NCBI GenBank assembly: GCA_964551305.1
Contig: CAZKBT010000008.1
Span: forward strand, 2,272-66,271
DNA: 64,000 nt
Direction: 5' to 3'
Source of the DNA: an uncultured Burkholderiaceae bacterium
GTDB taxonomy: Bacteria > Pseudomonadota > Gammaproteobacteria > Burkholderiales > Burkholderiaceae_B
Made by a program: the position numbers and the translations under genes. The notes beneath the pieces were generated by a model, which worked only from the letters and a program-made list of their open reading frames with translations, was not told where the DNA came from and searched no databases. Shown piece after piece: positions 30,260 through 42,095 of the stretch; position 1 is the first letter of the stretch, and each line of letters begins with the position of its first letter.

Positions 30260-32884
30260 ATGAAGACCTCCGAGATTCGCCAGAAGTTCCTGTCCTTTTT
30301 TGAATCGAAGGGCCACCACATCGTGCCGTCTTCTTCGCTGGTGCCGGCCAACGATCCGACCTTGCTCTTCACCAATTCGGGCATGGTCCAGTTCAAAGAG
30401 GTCTTCACGGGCAAGGAAACGCGCCCCTACGCGCGCGCCACCAGCGCCCAGCGCTGCGTGCGCGCGGGCGGCAAGCACAACGACCTGGAGAACGTGGGCT
30501 ATACCGCGCGCCACCATACCTTCTTCGAAATGCTGGGCAATTTCAGCTTCGGAGACTATTTCAAGCGCGAAGCCATCCACAATGCGTGGGAACTGCTGAC
30601 GACGGTGTACAAGCTGCCCGCGGAAAAGCTGTGGGTGACGGTGTACCAGGAAGATGACGAGGCCTACGACATCTGGCTGAAAGAGATCGGCGTGCCTGCC
30701 GAGCGCATCGTCCGCATCGGCGACAACAAAGGCGGGCGCTATGCGTCTGACAACTTCTGGCAGATGGCCGACACCGGCCCCTGCGGTCCCTGTTCCGAGA
30801 TTTTCTACGACCACGGCCCCGAGATCTGGGGCGGGCCTCCGGGATCGCCCGAAGAAGACGGTGATCGCTATATCGAAATCTGGAACCTGGTTTTCATGCA
30901 GTTCGAGCGCGATGCCGCCGGCAATATGCCGCGCTTGCCCAAGCCGTGCGTGGATACGGGGATGGGGTTGGAGCGTATCGCCGCAGTGCTCCAGCATGTG
31001 CATTCGAACTACGAGATCGACCTGTTCCAGGCGCTGATCAAGGCGGCGGCGCGTGAAACCGGCACGACGGACTTGTCCGAAAACTCGCTCAAGGTCATTG
31101 CCGACCACATACGCGCGTGCAGCTTCTTGATCGTGGACGGCGTCATTCCCAGCAACGAAGGACGCGGCTACGTATTGCGCCGCATCATACGCCGAGCCTT
31201 GCGCCACGGCCATAAGCTGGGTCAATCCGGATTGTTCTTCCATCGGCTGGTCGCGGATCTGGTCGCCGAAATGGGCCAGGCCTATCCTGAACTGGCCGGC
31301 CAGCAATCCCGCGTGGAGCAGGTGCTGCGCCAGGAAGAAGAGCGCTTCAGCGAAACGCTCGAGAACGGCATGAAGATCCTCGATGCCGCCTTGGCCAATG
31401 TCCCCAAGGGCGGCACGCTGGACGGCCAAACTTTGTTCACGCTTTACGACACGTACGGCTTTCCGGTGGATCTCACCGCCGATATCTGCCGCGAGCGTGA
31501 AGTCGGCATCGACCTGGACGGCTTCGAACAGGCCATGGATCGCCAGCGGGACCAGGCGCGGGCCGCGGGCAAGTTCAAGGCCGCCGATGGCCTGAGCTAC
31601 CACGGCGTGGAAACGCGATTCGACGGCTACGATCATCTTCAGGGCTCGGGTACCGTAACGGCCCTGTACGTCCAGGGCACGGCCGTGGAGCGTATCCAGG
31701 CGGGCCAGGAAGCGATCGTCGTGCTCGATGCCACGCCGTTCTACGCGGAGTCGGGCGGACAGGTCGGCGATACCGGCATATTGAATACGGGCGCGGCGGC
31801 GTTCCACGTCCAGGATACGCAAAAAATCCAGAGCGGCGTGTTCGGCCACCATGGGAAGCTGGAAACGGGCGTCCTGGCCGTGGGCGACGTCGTCCAGGCC
31901 TGCGTCGATGCCGCCCGGCGCGCCGACACGGTGCGCAATCACTCGGCGACGCACTTGATGCACAAGGCTTTGCGCCAGGTCCTGGGCGAGCACGTGCAGC
32001 AGCGCGGATCCCTGGTGGACGCCGAGAAGACGCGTTTCGACTTCGCGCAGGACGCGCCCATGACGGCCGAGCAGATCGTCCGGGTCGAACAGATCGTCAA
32101 TGCCGAAGTGCTGGCTAACCAGCCGGTGCTTGCGCAGCTCATGGCATACGACGATGCCGTCGCGGGCGGCGCGATGGCCTTGTTCGGTGAAAAATATGGC
32201 GATACGGTCCGGGTGCTGGACATCGGCTTTTCCCGCGAATTGTGCGGTGGCACGCACGTGGCGCGTACCGGCGACATAGGATTGTTCAAGATCGTCTCGG
32301 AAGGTGGCGTGGCGGCCGGCGTGCGGCGGGTCGAGGCCATTACCGGCGAAAATGCCCTCAAGTGGGTCCAGCGCACCAGCGGTGCTCTGACCCAGATCGC
32401 CGCGATGTTGCGCACGCAGCCAAGCGAGGTGACCGAGCGCATCGGCCTGCTCCAGGGGCAGCTCAAGTCGCTGGAGCGCGAGCGGGATCAGTTGCAGGCC
32501 AAGTTGGCCGCGTCGGCGGGCAATGATCTGGCCGACAAGGCGGTCGTCATCGCCGGGCAATCCAAGCTGCTGGTGGCCAGCGTCGACGGCGCCGACCCCA
32601 AGGCGCTGCGGGGCATGGTCGATCAGTTGAAGAATAAACTGCATTCGGCGGTCGTGTTGCTGGCGACCGTGGTCGACGACAAGGTCAGCCTGGCCGCCGG
32701 CGTGACGTCGGATCTGACGAGCCGGCTCAAGGCCGGCGACCTGGTCGGCATGGTGGCGGCGCAATTGGGCGGCAAGGGCGGCGGACGTCCCGATATGGCC
32801 ATGGGCGGCGGCGTGGACGTGGCCGCGCTTCCCGCGGCCCTGTCCAGCGTCGACCACTGGGTCAACGAGCGCTTGCCGAGCTAA
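30260..32884 (+). CDS. alaS: alanine--tRNA ligase
   Basis: [20 protein letters not shown]-terminus, class II core, editing domain (HxxxH ... CGGTH) and C-terminal DHHA1-type region. 874 aa. Confidence 0.97.
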   Translation: MKTSEIRQKFLSFFESKGHHIVPSSSLVPANDPTLLFTNSGMVQFKEVFTGKETRPYARATSAQRCVRAGGKHNDLENVGYTARHHTFFEMLGNFSFGDYFKREAIHNAWELLTTVYKLPAEKLWVTVYQEDDEAYDIWLKEIGVPAERIVRIGDNKGGRYASDNFWQMADTGPCGPCSEIFYDHGPEIWGGPPGSPEEDGDRYIEIWNLVFMQFERDAAGNMPRLPKPCVDTGMGLERIAAVLQHVHSNYEIDLFQALIKAAARETGTTDLSENSLKVIADHIRACSFLIVDGVIPSNEGRGYVLRRIIRRALRHGHKLGQSGLFFHRLVADLVAEMGQAYPELAGQQSRVEQVLRQEEERFSETLENGMKILDAALANVPKGGTLDGQTLFTLYDTYGFPVDLTADICREREVGIDLDGFEQAMDRQRDQARAAGKFKAADGLSYHGVETRFDGYDHLQGSGTVTALYVQGTAVERIQAGQEAIVVLDATPFYAESGGQVGDTGILNTGAAAFHVQDTQKIQSGVFGHHGKLETGVLAVGDVVQACVDAARRADTVRNHSATHLMHKALRQVLGEHVQQRGSLVDAEKTRFDFAQDAPMTAEQIVRVEQIVNAEVLANQPVLAQLMAYDDAVAGGAMALFGEKYGDTVRVLDIGFSRELCGGTHVARTGDIGLFKIVSEGGVAAGVRRVEAITGENALKWVQRTSGALTQIAAMLRTQPSEVTERIGLLQGQLKSLERERDQLQAKLAASAGNDLADKAVVIAGQSKLLVASVDGADPKALRGMVDQLKNKLHSAVVLLATVVDDKVSLAAGVTSDLTSRLKAGDLVGMVAAQLGGKGGGRPDMAMGGGVDVAALPAALSSVDHWVNERLPS

Positions 32885-32895
32885 GGAGGCGGATC

Positions 32896-33138
32896 ATGTC
32901 CGACGTGTCGCGGCAGGCCGATGCCCGGGTGGACGCATCGGGGTTGAAATGCCCCTTGCCCATTCTGCGTGCCAAAAAAGCCTTGGCGCAACTGCAGAGC
33001 GGACAACTGCTCGAAGTCACGACGACGGACCCGCACGCCGTCAAGGATTTCCAGGCATTCGCCAGACAGACCGGCAACGGCCTGGAGGCGCAGATCGAAA
33101 ACGGCGACGCCGTCGTCCATTATCTTCGCCGCCGCTAA
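32896..33138 (+). CDS. TusA/SirA family sulfurtransferase
   Basis: 80 aa with the conserved LKCPLPILRAKKAL active-site Cys motif. Confidence 0.85.
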   Translation: MSDVSRQADARVDASGLKCPLPILRAKKALAQLQSGQLLEVTTTDPHAVKDFQAFARQTGNGLEAQIENGDAVVHYLRRR

Positions 33139-33198
33139 GCGAGCCTGATCATGTAGCGTCAGGGGCGCGCCCGGTTCGTCGTTTCCGGGCCGCTCCAC

Positions 33199-33283
33199 AC
33201 GGGCCGCCTTAATATAGGCCGTCCCCTACGGGCCGTCCCATACGGGCCGTCTCATACGGGCCGTCTCATACGGGCCGTCCCGT
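33199..33283. repeat. 14-bp tandem repeat array, each unit carrying the palindrome ACGGnCCGT
   Basis: Perfect ACGGGCCGT at 33228, 33242, 33256 and 33270 (exact 14-bp phasing; units ACGGGCCGTC[C/T]C[A/G]T). Degenerate copies at ~33199 and ~33216. Non-coding, between tusA-like and ectA. Confidence 0.9.
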
Positions 33284-33595
33284 TTTCACAATGCCGCTCT
33301 TGGAGTGCGTCCGGGAACGGCCTCAAGGCGCCGCATTCGCGGCCTTTCTCAAAACGTTTTGCCATCCTCCATGCGGGGCCTTGCGGGCCGCGCCTTTTTC
33401 CGGGGGAAATCCGAGCCGCCCATCCGAGCATCTAGCATGCCTGGCCTACTTGGAAAGTTGCATTTGGTTTCTTTTCTTATACAAATAACAACAATGGAAT
33501 GGGGCTGGGCTCGAACCTCGCATGTGTCCAGGAAAATCGGCGTTTTTCCGGCTCAGGCATGGCCGATATGGTCCCTGTTTTCCACATTTTTCGGT

Positions 33596-33624
33596 TTGAC
33601 TCTAATCGCTGTGGGACATATGAT
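33596..33624 (+). promoter_or_regulatory. candidate sigma-70 promoter of ectABCD
   Basis: TTGACT (33596-33601), 17 nt, TATGAT (33619-33624), about 30 nt upstream of the ectA ATG in an AT-rich stretch. Confidence 0.5.
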
Positions 33625-33655
33625 TTGAGTCGAAATAACTTCTACAGCAATCATA

Positions 33656-34273
33656 ATGAGCACACTAATTTCATCGGAAAAACGGAGCGACCACGGTTCG
33701 TTCACCTTGCGTTCTCCGCGTCGGGAGGAAGGCTATGCCATACGGCAATTGGTCGAGCAATGTCCCCCTCTGGACGTGAATTCGACCTATGCCTACATGC
33801 TGTTGGGCGAGCACTTCGCGTCGACCAGTGTCGTGGCGCAGGATGCGTCGGGCATCGTAGGACTGGTATCGGCGTATCGCCATCCCGAAAAGCCGCACGT
33901 GCTCTTCGTCTGGCAGGTCGCCGTTCACCCTTCGGCGCGAGGTCATGGATTGGCCGGGCGCATGCTCAAACACATCCTGCGCAGGCCGGCTGCCCGCTCG
34001 ATACGCTACGTGCAGACCACGGTGGGGCCGGAGAACGCCGGTTCCCGCGCCACGTTTGCGCGCCTGGCGCTATTGCTCGATACGTCGATCCAGGAACAGG
34101 CGATGTTCGGCCCCGAGCTTTTTGGTCCGGGCAATCACGAGGAAGAGCGCCTGCTCAGCATCGGACCGTTCGAGCCGTTGACGCCGCGCATGCCCGCCCA
34201 GCCTCAGCGCCCGGCGCGGATACCCGACGCCGGCCGCCTGCCTGCCGCCGCGCGGCCTTCCACCTATCAATAA
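33656..34273 (+). CDS. ectA: L-2,4-diaminobutyrate acetyltransferase
   Basis: GNAT fold motifs (VWQVAVHPSARGHGLAGRML). It is first in an ectA-B-C-D gene order. Confidence 0.9.
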   Translation: MSTLISSEKRSDHGSFTLRSPRREEGYAIRQLVEQCPPLDVNSTYAYMLLGEHFASTSVVAQDASGIVGLVSAYRHPEKPHVLFVWQVAVHPSARGHGLAGRMLKHILRRPAARSIRYVQTTVGPENAGSRATFARLALLLDTSIQEQAMFGPELFGPGNHEEERLLSIGPFEPLTPRMPAQPQRPARIPDAGRLPAAARPSTYQ

Positions 34274-34289
34274 AAGAACAGGAGAAACT

Positions 34290-35597
34290 ATGGATCTGGA
34301 AATTTTCAACAAGATGGAATCGGAAGTCCGGGGTTACATCCGGTCCTTTCCCGTCATTTTCAACAATGCTCACGGGTCCATCCTGACGGACGAAGCCGGA
34401 CGGGATTACGTCGATTTCTTCAGCGGAGCCGGCACCCTGAATTACGGCCATAACGATCCAGGCATGAAGCAGGCCCTGATCGACTACATCGGACAGGACG
34501 GCGTCGTTCACGGCCTGGACATGGCCACGACAGCCAAAAAACGATTCCTGGAAACGTTCAGCGACGTGGTGCTCGCTCCGCGGGCGATGAACTACACTTT
34601 GCAGTTTACCGGCCCCACAGGCACGAACGCCGTCGAGGCGGCGCTCAAGCTGGCAAGGCAAGTCAAGCAACGCAGTCATGTCGTCGCGTTCACGCACGGA
34701 TTTCACGGCGTAAGCGCGGGATCGCTGGCCGCGACGGCCAACAGCAAGTTCCGCCAGGCGGCGGGCGTGACGCTGGATAACGTCACGTTCATGCCGTTCG
34801 ACGGCTACATGGGCGAGGGTGTCGATACGTTGGCTTATTTTCGTCGCCTGCTGGAAGACCCGAGCAGCGGCATGGATCTACCGGCCGCCGTCATCGTGGA
34901 AACCGTGCAGGGCGAAGGCGGCGTCAACGTGGCGTCGGAAACTTGGCTCAAGGAACTGGAAAAGCTGTGCCGCCGTTTCGACATGCTCCTGATCGTCGAC
35001 GACATCCAGGTGGGCTGCGGCCGTACCGGCACGTTCTTCAGTTTCGAGCCGTCGGGCATACGTCCCGATATCGTCACGCTATCCAAATCCCTGTCCGGAT
35101 TCGGGCTGCCCATGTCCCTGGTGTTGATGAAACCTGAGTTGGACATCTGGAAACCCGGCGCGCACAGCGGCACCTTTCGCGGCAACAACCTGGCGTTCGT
35201 CACTGCGACGCGAGCCTTGGAGGCTTTCTGGGCGACGCAGGACTTTTCCGCTCAGATCCAGGAGAAGGGCAAGCTGGTCCGGGCGCGGCTCGAGAAAATC
35301 GCGCGCACCCGTCCCCAGGCGGGACTCGGCGTGCGCGGGCGCGGCCTGATCCATGGCATGGTCGCCAAGGCCGATCCCGAGCTGGCGGGACAGGTCGCCG
35401 CCAAGGCGTTCGAACACGGCTTGGTCATCGAGACCTCGGGCGCGCGCGACGAAGTGCTGAAGCTGTTGCCGGCGCTGACGATCGATCGGGATGTGTTGTT
35501 GAAAGGTCTGGACATCATTGAACAGAGCCTGGACGAAGTATTGGCCGAGCGCGGAGATACCGCGCGCGTGTTGAAGTTTGGTGGAGCGAAATCATGA
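34290..35597 (+). CDS. ectB: diaminobutyrate--2-oxoglutarate transaminase
   Basis: Class III PLP aminotransferase ([22 protein letters not shown] Lys). 435 aa, between ectA and ectC. Confidence 0.95.
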   Translation: MDLEIFNKMESEVRGYIRSFPVIFNNAHGSILTDEAGRDYVDFFSGAGTLNYGHNDPGMKQALIDYIGQDGVVHGLDMATTAKKRFLETFSDVVLAPRAMNYTLQFTGPTGTNAVEAALKLARQVKQRSHVVAFTHGFHGVSAGSLAATANSKFRQAAGVTLDNVTFMPFDGYMGEGVDTLAYFRRLLEDPSSGMDLPAAVIVETVQGEGGVNVASETWLKELEKLCRRFDMLLIVDDIQVGCGRTGTFFSFEPSGIRPDIVTLSKSLSGFGLPMSLVLMKPELDIWKPGAHSGTFRGNNLAFVTATRALEAFWATQDFSAQIQEKGKLVRARLEKIARTRPQAGLGVRGRGLIHGMVAKADPELAGQVAAKAFEHGLVIETSGARDEVLKLLPALTIDRDVLLKGLDIIEQSLDEVLAERGDTARVLKFGGAKS

Positions 35598-35986
35598 TAG
35601 TGAAGAACGTCAAAGACGTGATAGGCACGGAAAACGAAGTCAAGACTCAGAACTGGCTGAGCCGCCGTGTGTTATTGAAGAAGGACGGCATGGGATTTTC
35701 GTTTCATGAAACGGTCATCTTTCCCGGCACGGAAACGCACATCCACTACCAGAACCATCTGGAGGCGGTGTGGTGCGTAGAGGGAGATGGCGAGGTCGAG
35801 ACCATCGCGGACGGAAAGAAGTACGCATTGGGGCCGGGCGTGGTGTACGCCCTGGACAAGAATGACGAACATTGGCTGCGCGGAGGCAAGGAGCCGCTGC
35901 GCGTGATCTGCGTGTTCAATCCGCCCTTGACGGGTTTCGAGGTCCATGACGAGAAGGGCGTGTATCCGCTGGTTGTCAATGCGTGA
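35594..35986 (+). CDS. ectC: L-ectoine synthase
   Basis: 130-aa cupin with [18 protein letters not shown]... ATGA overlap with ectB. Confidence 0.95.
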   Translation: MIVKNVKDVIGTENEVKTQNWLSRRVLLKKDGMGFSFHETVIFPGTETHIHYQNHLEAVWCVEGDGEVETIADGKKYALGPGVVYALDKNDEHWLRGGKEPLRVICVFNPPLTGFEVHDEKGVYPLVVNA

Positions 35987-36022
35987 CGCGCGTCGGGTAT
36001 GGGTTAGAACGGAGGTTGAGTT

Positions 36023-36928
36023 ATGACGGATTACTATGTTTCGCGTACGGACCGGGGCGCTGCCATCATCGCGCGCCAGGATCCCGTCGTCTACGACGGC
36101 GGCACATACGCGGATGCCCTGGACGAAAGCCAGCTGCAGTTCTACGAACGCAACGGCTTTCTGGTGCTGCATGACGTTTTCGACGAAAGCGAAGTGGCCG
36201 GCCTGCTGTCCGAGATCGACCGCATGAGCCGGGACCGCAAGATCAAGGACGCCGAGTTCACGATCACCGAGCCGGGCAGCGACGAAGTGCGTTCGATCTT
36301 CAAGGTGCACAGCCTGAACGATCGCATGGCCGAGCTTGCGCGCGATCCGCGCTTGCTGCCGGTGGCCCGGCAGATATTGGGTTCCGATGTCTACATGCAT
36401 CAATCGCGCGCCAACATGAAGCCGGGCTTCAAAGGCAAGGAGTTCTATTGGCACTCGGACTTCGAGACCTGGCATACCGAGGACGGCATGCCGACGATGC
36501 GCGCCCTGAGTTGTTCCGTGCTTCTGACCGACAACAACGCGTGCAACGGTCCCTTGATGCTGGTGCCGGGCTCGCACCAGCAATTCATCTCATGCGTGGG
36601 GCAAACCCCGGACAAGCACTATAAATCGTCGCTGAAGAAGCAGGAGTACGGCGTGCCGGACCCCATCAGCCTGCAACTGCTGGTGGAGAACGGCGGCATC
36701 GAGCCCGTCGTCGCCAAGGCGGGTTCCGTGGTGTTCTTCGATTGCAACACCATGCACGGCTCGAGCGGCAATATCTCGCCGTGGCCCCGGGCCAACGTGT
36801 TCATGGTGTACAACAGCGTGGAGAACCGGCTGCAAGCGCCCAAGTACGGATTGTCGCCGCGGCCGGAGCATATCGCCGCGCGCAGCGACGACCGAACGCT
36901 AAAGCCCTTGGTGCGGGCCGCGGCCTGA
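36023..36928 (+). CDS. ectD: ectoine hydroxylase
   Basis: Fe(II)/2-oxoglutarate dioxygenase with the EctD signature F.WHSDFETWH.EDG.P (FYWHSDFETWHTEDGMP). Confidence 0.93.
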   Translation: MTDYYVSRTDRGAAIIARQDPVVYDGGTYADALDESQLQFYERNGFLVLHDVFDESEVAGLLSEIDRMSRDRKIKDAEFTITEPGSDEVRSIFKVHSLNDRMAELARDPRLLPVARQILGSDVYMHQSRANMKPGFKGKEFYWHSDFETWHTEDGMPTMRALSCSVLLTDNNACNGPLMLVPGSHQQFISCVGQTPDKHYKSSLKKQEYGVPDPISLQLLVENGGIEPVVAKAGSVVFFDCNTMHGSSGNISPWPRANVFMVYNSVENRLQAPKYGLSPRPEHIAARSDDRTLKPLVRAAA

Positions 36929-37069
36929 TGCGCGGACGGCATGCGCGAACCAGGCCCGCGCGGCCCGAGAAAGGGCGGGCGGGCCTCGTATCCCATGGTG
37001 AACGGCGGACGGCGGGCGTCTCTTGCAGGCAACAGGCAGCGGCCATGCGCTCGGCATTCGGGTTGGAGC

Positions 37070-37099
37070 TTGCGGGACGCCCATGCAAAGTGCTAGAAT
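37070..37099 (+). promoter_or_regulatory. candidate promoter of rpsP operon
   Basis: TTGCGG (37070-37075), 18 nt, TAGAAT (37094-37099) with an upstream TGC extended -10 element. Confidence 0.5.
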
Positions 37100-37136
37100 A
37101 ATCTGTTATCCACAACACTATATTTAAGGATTACCA

Positions 37137-37391
37137 ATGGTTGTAATTCGTCTGGCTCGCGGCGGTTCGAAGAAGCGCCCGTTTTACAACGTTGTTGCCG
37201 CTGATTCGCGCAATCGCCGCGATGGTCGTTTCATCGAACGCGTTGGCTTTTACAACCCCGTTGCGGGTGAAGGCCACGAAGGTCTGCGCCTGGCTCTGGA
37301 CCGTGTCGAATACTGGACCGGCAATGGCGCTCAATTGTCGCCCGCCGTTGCCCGCCTGGTCAAAGAATACTCGGCAAAAGCGGCCGCTTGA
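37137..37391 (+). CDS. rpsP: 30S ribosomal protein S16
   Basis: [17 protein letters not shown]... canonical S16 N-terminus. AAGGA lies upstream. Confidence 0.97.
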   Translation: MVVIRLARGGSKKRPFYNVVAADSRNRRDGRFIERVGFYNPVAGEGHEGLRLALDRVEYWTGNGAQLSPAVARLVKEYSAKAAA

Positions 37392-37419
37392 TTGCGGCGT
37401 CGCGGCAGCTACGGCGAAC

Positions 37420-38037
37420 GTGTCCCGGTCAACGTCATCGCATGGGCAAGCGCCCGCTGACTTGATCGAGCTCGGCCGTATCGTGTCCGCCTATGGCATA
37501 CGGGGCTGGGTGAAAATCCAACCGCATGCCGTCGATGGCGACACGCTGCTGGCAGCAGAAACTCTATGGCTGAAAGCGCCCCTTGCGCAAGCAAGTTCGG
37601 GCGCTTCGCCATTTCCGGTGCGGGTTATTGCTAGCCGCCGGCACAGCGCCGCCATCGTCGCGCAGCTGGAGGGCATCGTCGAGCGCGATGCGGCCGAAGC
37701 CCTCAAATCGCATGCCGTTCTGGCATCGCGCCAGGATTTCCCGGCCGCGCAAGACGACGAGTATTATTGGGTGGATCTGGTCGGCTGCCGCCTGTATGGC
37801 GAGCGGCAGGATGGCGAGCCCGCCCTGCTCGGGCAAGTGCGTGACGTCATGGAAAACGGCGCGCATGCGATCCTGCGTGTCGCCCGAGCGTCGCTCGACG
37901 AGTCGGGACAGCTGGTCTGGATGAAAGACTCCAAGGACAGGCCGCAGGAAGTCCTGGTCCCGTTCGTCGCCGCCCACGTTCACACGGTCGACCTGGCGGG
38001 CAAGCGGCTGGACAGCAATTGGCCGGTGGATTTTTGA
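37420..38037 (+). CDS. rimM: ribosome maturation factor RimM
   Basis: [19 protein letters not shown] plus a PRC-barrel C-terminus. There is no in-frame ATG after the rpsP stop, so GTG 37420 was chosen; the start is uncertain. Confidence 0.85.
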   Translation: MSRSTSSHGQAPADLIELGRIVSAYGIRGWVKIQPHAVDGDTLLAAETLWLKAPLAQASSGASPFPVRVIASRRHSAAIVAQLEGIVERDAAEALKSHAVLASRQDFPAAQDDEYYWVDLVGCRLYGERQDGEPALLGQVRDVMENGAHAILRVARASLDESGQLVWMKDSKDRPQEVLVPFVAAHVHTVDLAGKRLDSNWPVDF

Positions 38038-38107
38038 GCTCTCCGGGCTTTGGGCCGAAACCGCGCGTGGGCGCGGGCGTTCCATCAGGGATGGCGGGAT
38101 AGGCGAT

Positions 38108-38872
38108 ATGCGTTTCGATGTCATTACCTTGTTCCCCGACATGTTTTCCGCCTGCGCCGATCAGGGCGTGACCGGCCGCGCCCGTAAGCAGGGGGTCTGG
38201 TCCCTGCATTTCTGGAACCCGCGTGATTTCACGACCGACGTACACCGAACGGTGGATGATCGCCCCTACGGCGGCGGGCCGGGCATGGTGATGCTGGCCG
38301 AGCCCTTGGACAAGGCCGTCGATGCCGCCATGCGGGCCAGGGGGGGCGGCCAGGACGCGGAATCCGGCTTGCCCGTCGTGCTTCTCAGCCCTACGGGACG
38401 GCGCTACGACCAATCCATGGCCGCCGGCTTGGCCGCGGGCCGGGGAGCGATTCTGGTTTGCGGCCGCTACGAAGGCATAGACCAGCGTTTCATCGACCGA
38501 CGCATCACGCATGAGGTATCGTTGGGCGATTTTGTCTTGTCCGGCGGCGAAATCGGCGCCTTGGCCATCATGGATAGCGTGGTGCGATTGTTGCCCGGCG
38601 TGTTGAACGATAGCGAATCGGCCCGTCAGGACTCTTTTCACGAAGCCATCGACGGCTTGCTGGATAGCCCCCACTACACGCGCCCCGAGATCTACCTGGG
38701 GGAGAGCGCGCCGGCGGAGCTGCTGTCCGGGCACCATGCGCAAATCGCGTTATGGCGCCGCCGCCGATCGCTGGCCCTGACCGCCGCGCGGCGGCCGGAT
38801 CTGATCCAGGCCGCCAGGGCGGCGGGCAAGCTGAGCAAGGCCGACGAGGCATTCCTGGCGACCTTGGCTTAA
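38108..38872 (+). CDS. trmD: tRNA (guanine37-N1)-methyltransferase
   Basis: [13 protein letters not shown]..., SPOUT knot motifs ([21 protein letters not shown]). Confidence 0.95.
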   Translation: MRFDVITLFPDMFSACADQGVTGRARKQGVWSLHFWNPRDFTTDVHRTVDDRPYGGGPGMVMLAEPLDKAVDAAMRARGGGQDAESGLPVVLLSPTGRRYDQSMAAGLAAGRGAILVCGRYEGIDQRFIDRRITHEVSLGDFVLSGGEIGALAIMDSVVRLLPGVLNDSESARQDSFHEAIDGLLDSPHYTRPEIYLGESAPAELLSGHHAQIALWRRRRSLALTAARRPDLIQAARAAGKLSKADEAFLATLA

Positions 38873-38905
38873 CGCTTCCTCGGTCCGACGCGTGCCGCGA
38901 TCGCC

Positions 38906-41794
38906 CTAAGCCAGCTTGCTCAGTTGGCCATGCACCTTGTCCAGCGTTTCCTGGAACTGGCTCACGCGCATTTTTTCCTGTTCGACGACGGCGGCGGGCG
39001 CGCGCGCCACGAAGCTTTCATTGCCCAGCTTGGCCCGGGCCTTGGCGATTTCACCCCGCAGGCGCGCGATTTCCTTGGACAAGCGCGCGCGTTCGGCGTC
39101 GACGTCGATTTCCACGTGCAGCATCAGCTGCGTGCCGCCCACGACTTGCACGGGCGCGCCGACGTCGGGAAGCTCGTCGACGATATCCACGCTCGACAGC
39201 TTGCCCAGGGCAGCCAGGTAGGGGACATAGTCCTGGAAAGCCTCGCGCTTGCCCTGGATCATCAGGGGAACGCGTTGAGCCGGCGACAGCGACATCTCGC
39301 CCCTGAGCGCGCGCACGCCTTCCACGAGAGCCTTCAGGTCGTTGACCCGGCTTTCCGAGTCCGGGTCGATCGCTGACGGATCGGAGGCCGGATAGGGTTG
39401 GACGCTGATGCTGGTTTGCTGCTCTTCCCCGCGCTTGCCCGCCACGACCGATACTTTCTGCCAAAGCTCTTCGGTGATGAAGGGAATGATGGGGTGGGCC
39501 AGGCGCAGCACGGTCTCCAGGACGCGGATCAGGCTGCGGCGCGTGCCCAGCTGTCTAGCGGCGTCGCCGTTCTGCAGCTGAACCTTGGCCAATTCCACGT
39601 ACCAGTCGCAATACTCGTTCCAGACGAATTGGTAGATGGCGTTGGCGATGTTGTCGAAGCGATAGTCGGCAAAGCCTTGCTCGACTTCCGATTCCAGGCG
39701 CTGCAGGCGGCTGATGATCCATTTGTCGGCGAAGGAGAGCCGCGCGGATACGCTTGCGCCGTCCTGGATGGCGGTTTCCCGGCTCAGGTCGTGACCCTCG
39801 GTGTTCATCAGGACGAAGCGCGACGCGTTCCACAGCTTGTTGCAGAAATTGCGATAGCCCTCGCAGCGTTTGAGGTCGAAATTGATGTTGCGGCCCAGCG
39901 TGGCGTAGGCGGCCATCGTGAAACGCAGGGCATCCGCCCCGTAGGCGGGAAAGCCCTGGGGGTAGTCCTTGCCGGTCTTTTTCCGGATGCTTTCCGCCTG
40001 CTTCGGGTTCATCAGCCCGGAGGTGCGCTTTTCCAGCAGGCCTGGCAGGTCGATGCCGTCGATCAGGTCCACCGGATCGATGGTATTGCCCTTGGACTTG
40101 CTCATTTTCTTGCCGTCGGCATCGCAAACCAGGCCGTGCACGTAGACGTCATGGAAAGGAATTTTTCCGGTCATGTGCATGCTCATCATGATCATGCGGG
40201 CGACCCAGAAAAAGATAATGTCGAAACCGGTGACCAGTACGCTGGAAGGCAGGTAGCGCTCCAGGTCGGGCGTCCGCTCGGGCCAGCCCAGGTCGCTGAA
40301 GGGCACGAGCGCGGAAGAAAACCAGGTATCCAGCACGTCTTCGTCGCGGCGCAGCGGACCGTCGACGCCGGCCCGGCGCGCCTGCTCGACGGCGTCGGCT
40401 TCATCGCGGGCGACGAACAGGCGCCCGTCTTCGCCATACCAGGCCGGAATCTGGTGGCCCCACCACAGCTGGCGGGAAATACACCAGTCCTGGATATTGT
40501 TCAGCCACTGGTTGTAGGTGGTGGTCCAGTTTTCCGGGTAGAACTTGATCCGCCCGTCGGCCACGGCCTGCAGCGCGACCTCGGTGATGCTCTTGCCGGG
40601 ATTGAGCGAGCCTTCCGGCGCCGGCTTGCTCATGGCCACGAACCACTGGTCCGTCAACATGGGTTCGATGACCGTGTTGGTCCGGTCTCCGCGCGGCACC
40701 ATCAGCTTGTGGGGCTTGGCGGCCTGCAGCGCATCGATGTCTTTCAGGTCGGAGACGATCTGCTTGCGGGCGGCAAAGCGGTCCATGCCGCGATAGGCTT
40801 GCGGCGCCTCGTCGGAAATGTGCGCGTCCAGCGTCAGGATGCTGATCATGTCCAGGCCGTGGCGCTGGCCCACGGCGTAGTCGTTGAAGTCGTGCGCGGG
40901 AGTGACTTTGACCACGCCGGTCCCGAACTCGCGGTCCACGTAGTCGTCCGCGATGACGGGTAGCCGGCGGCCGACCAGCGGCAGGGTCACGTGCTTGCCA
41001 ATCAGGCGGGCGTAGCGCTCGTCTTCGGGGTGGACCATCACGGCGACGTCGCCCAGCATCGTTTCAGGGCGGGTCGTGGCTACCACGAGGTACTCCAGGC
41101 CGTCGACGGGTTCTTCGAGGGGATAGCGGATTTCCCACAGGAAGCCGTCTTCTTCTTCGCTGACCACTTCCAGGTCCGAGACGGCGGTGCCCAATACGGG
41201 GTCCCAGTTGACCAGTCTTTTGCCCCGATAGATCAAGCCTTGCTCATAGAGGCGCACGAAGGTTTCCACCACGGCGCGGGACAAGTTGCCGTCCATGGTG
41301 AAGTACTCGCGGTCCCAGTCGGCCGAGGAGCCCAGGCGGCGGAATTGGCTGGTGATGGCGCTGCCCGATTTTTCTTTCCATTCCCAGACTTTTTCCACGA
41401 ATTTCTCGCGGCCCAGGTCGTGGCGCGTGATGTTCTGCGCGTCCAGCTGGCGTTCGACGACGATCTGCGTGGCGATGCCCGCATGGTCCGTGCCCGGGAT
41501 GAAGGCCGTGTCGGCGCCGCGCATCCGGTGATAGCGCACCAGCCCGTCCATGACGGTCTGATTGAACGCATGTCCCATGTGCAGGGTGCCGGTCACGTTG
41601 GGGGGAGGAAACTGGACGGCGAAGGAGGGCGGGGTCGTATCGGCGCGCGCCGTGCCGGGCGCCGGGAGCACGTGCCGCCCGGCGGCGAAAACACCGGAGC
41701 GTTCCCATTGCGTGTACCAGCGTGATTCTATTTCTTGAGGTTCAAAACTTTTTGAAAGCTGCTCGGATGCCGTAGGCGTTGGTGTCGTGGTCAT
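38906..41794 (-). CDS. valS: valine--tRNA ligase
   Basis: Class I HIGH ([12 protein letters not shown]) and KMSKS motifs with a C-terminal coiled coil. Start at MTTTPTP. Confidence 0.97.
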   Translation of the reverse strand: MTTTPTPTASEQLSKSFEPQEIESRWYTQWERSGVFAAGRHVLPAPGTARADTTPPSFAVQFPPPNVTGTLHMGHAFNQTVMDGLVRYHRMRGADTAFIPGTDHAGIATQIVVERQLDAQNITRHDLGREKFVEKVWEWKEKSGSAITSQFRRLGSSADWDREYFTMDGNLSRAVVETFVRLYEQGLIYRGKRLVNWDPVLGTAVSDLEVVSEEEDGFLWEIRYPLEEPVDGLEYLVVATTRPETMLGDVAVMVHPEDERYARLIGKHVTLPLVGRRLPVIADDYVDREFGTGVVKVTPAHDFNDYAVGQRHGLDMISILTLDAHISDEAPQAYRGMDRFAARKQIVSDLKDIDALQAAKPHKLMVPRGDRTNTVIEPMLTDQWFVAMSKPAPEGSLNPGKSITEVALQAVADGRIKFYPENWTTTYNQWLNNIQDWCISRQLWWGHQIPAWYGEDGRLFVARDEADAVEQARRAGVDGPLRRDEDVLDTWFSSALVPFSDLGWPERTPDLERYLPSSVLVTGFDIIFFWVARMIMMSMHMTGKIPFHDVYVHGLVCDADGKKMSKSKGNTIDPVDLIDGIDLPGLLEKRTSGLMNPKQAESIRKKTGKDYPQGFPAYGADALRFTMAAYATLGRNINFDLKRCEGYRNFCNKLWNASRFVLMNTEGHDLSRETAIQDGASVSARLSFADKWIISRLQRLESEVEQGFADYRFDNIANAIYQFVWNEYCDWYVELAKVQLQNGDAARQLGTRRSLIRVLETVLRLAHPIIPFITEELWQKVSVVAGKRGEEQQTSISVQPYPASDPSAIDPDSESRVNDLKALVEGVRALRGEMSLSPAQRVPLMIQGKREAFQDYVPYLAALGKLSSVDIVDELPDVGAPVQVVGGTQLMLHVEIDVDAERARLSKEIARLRGEIAKARAKLGNESFVARAPAAVVEQEKMRVSQFQETLDKVHGQLSKLA

Positions 41795-42095
41795 TGTGCG
41801 GTGAAAAGGTAAGAGCGTGTTGGTGCGCGCCTGTCGCATCGGGCTGCGCGGCGCAGCCGTGAGCTCAATCAGGGTAGTCGTCGGCTTTATTTTAAGCCGT
41901 AGCCGTGACAGATTCGCATGTTAAAATACCGGGTTCACATAAACTATAGCAAAGTTGTTGTTTTCATTAGAAAAACTATTTCCGCAACCCCGGTTTTTGG
42001 GTTTGGAGGTCCGGTTTTCGGCCGAAGTGGCCCGCCATCATCTTCATTTACTCAACGGTAAGTCCTTTTTATTTCATTAACTGTTTGGATTTTTC

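Noticed and set aside
33291-34386. ORFs 33291-33488, 33305-33628 and 33499-34386 in and overlapping the ectA upstream region; possible missing ectR.
   Set aside because: No HTH/MarR-like motif is present, the translations are low complexity, and the third overlaps ectA out of frame. The region is better explained as a promoter/regulatory spacer.
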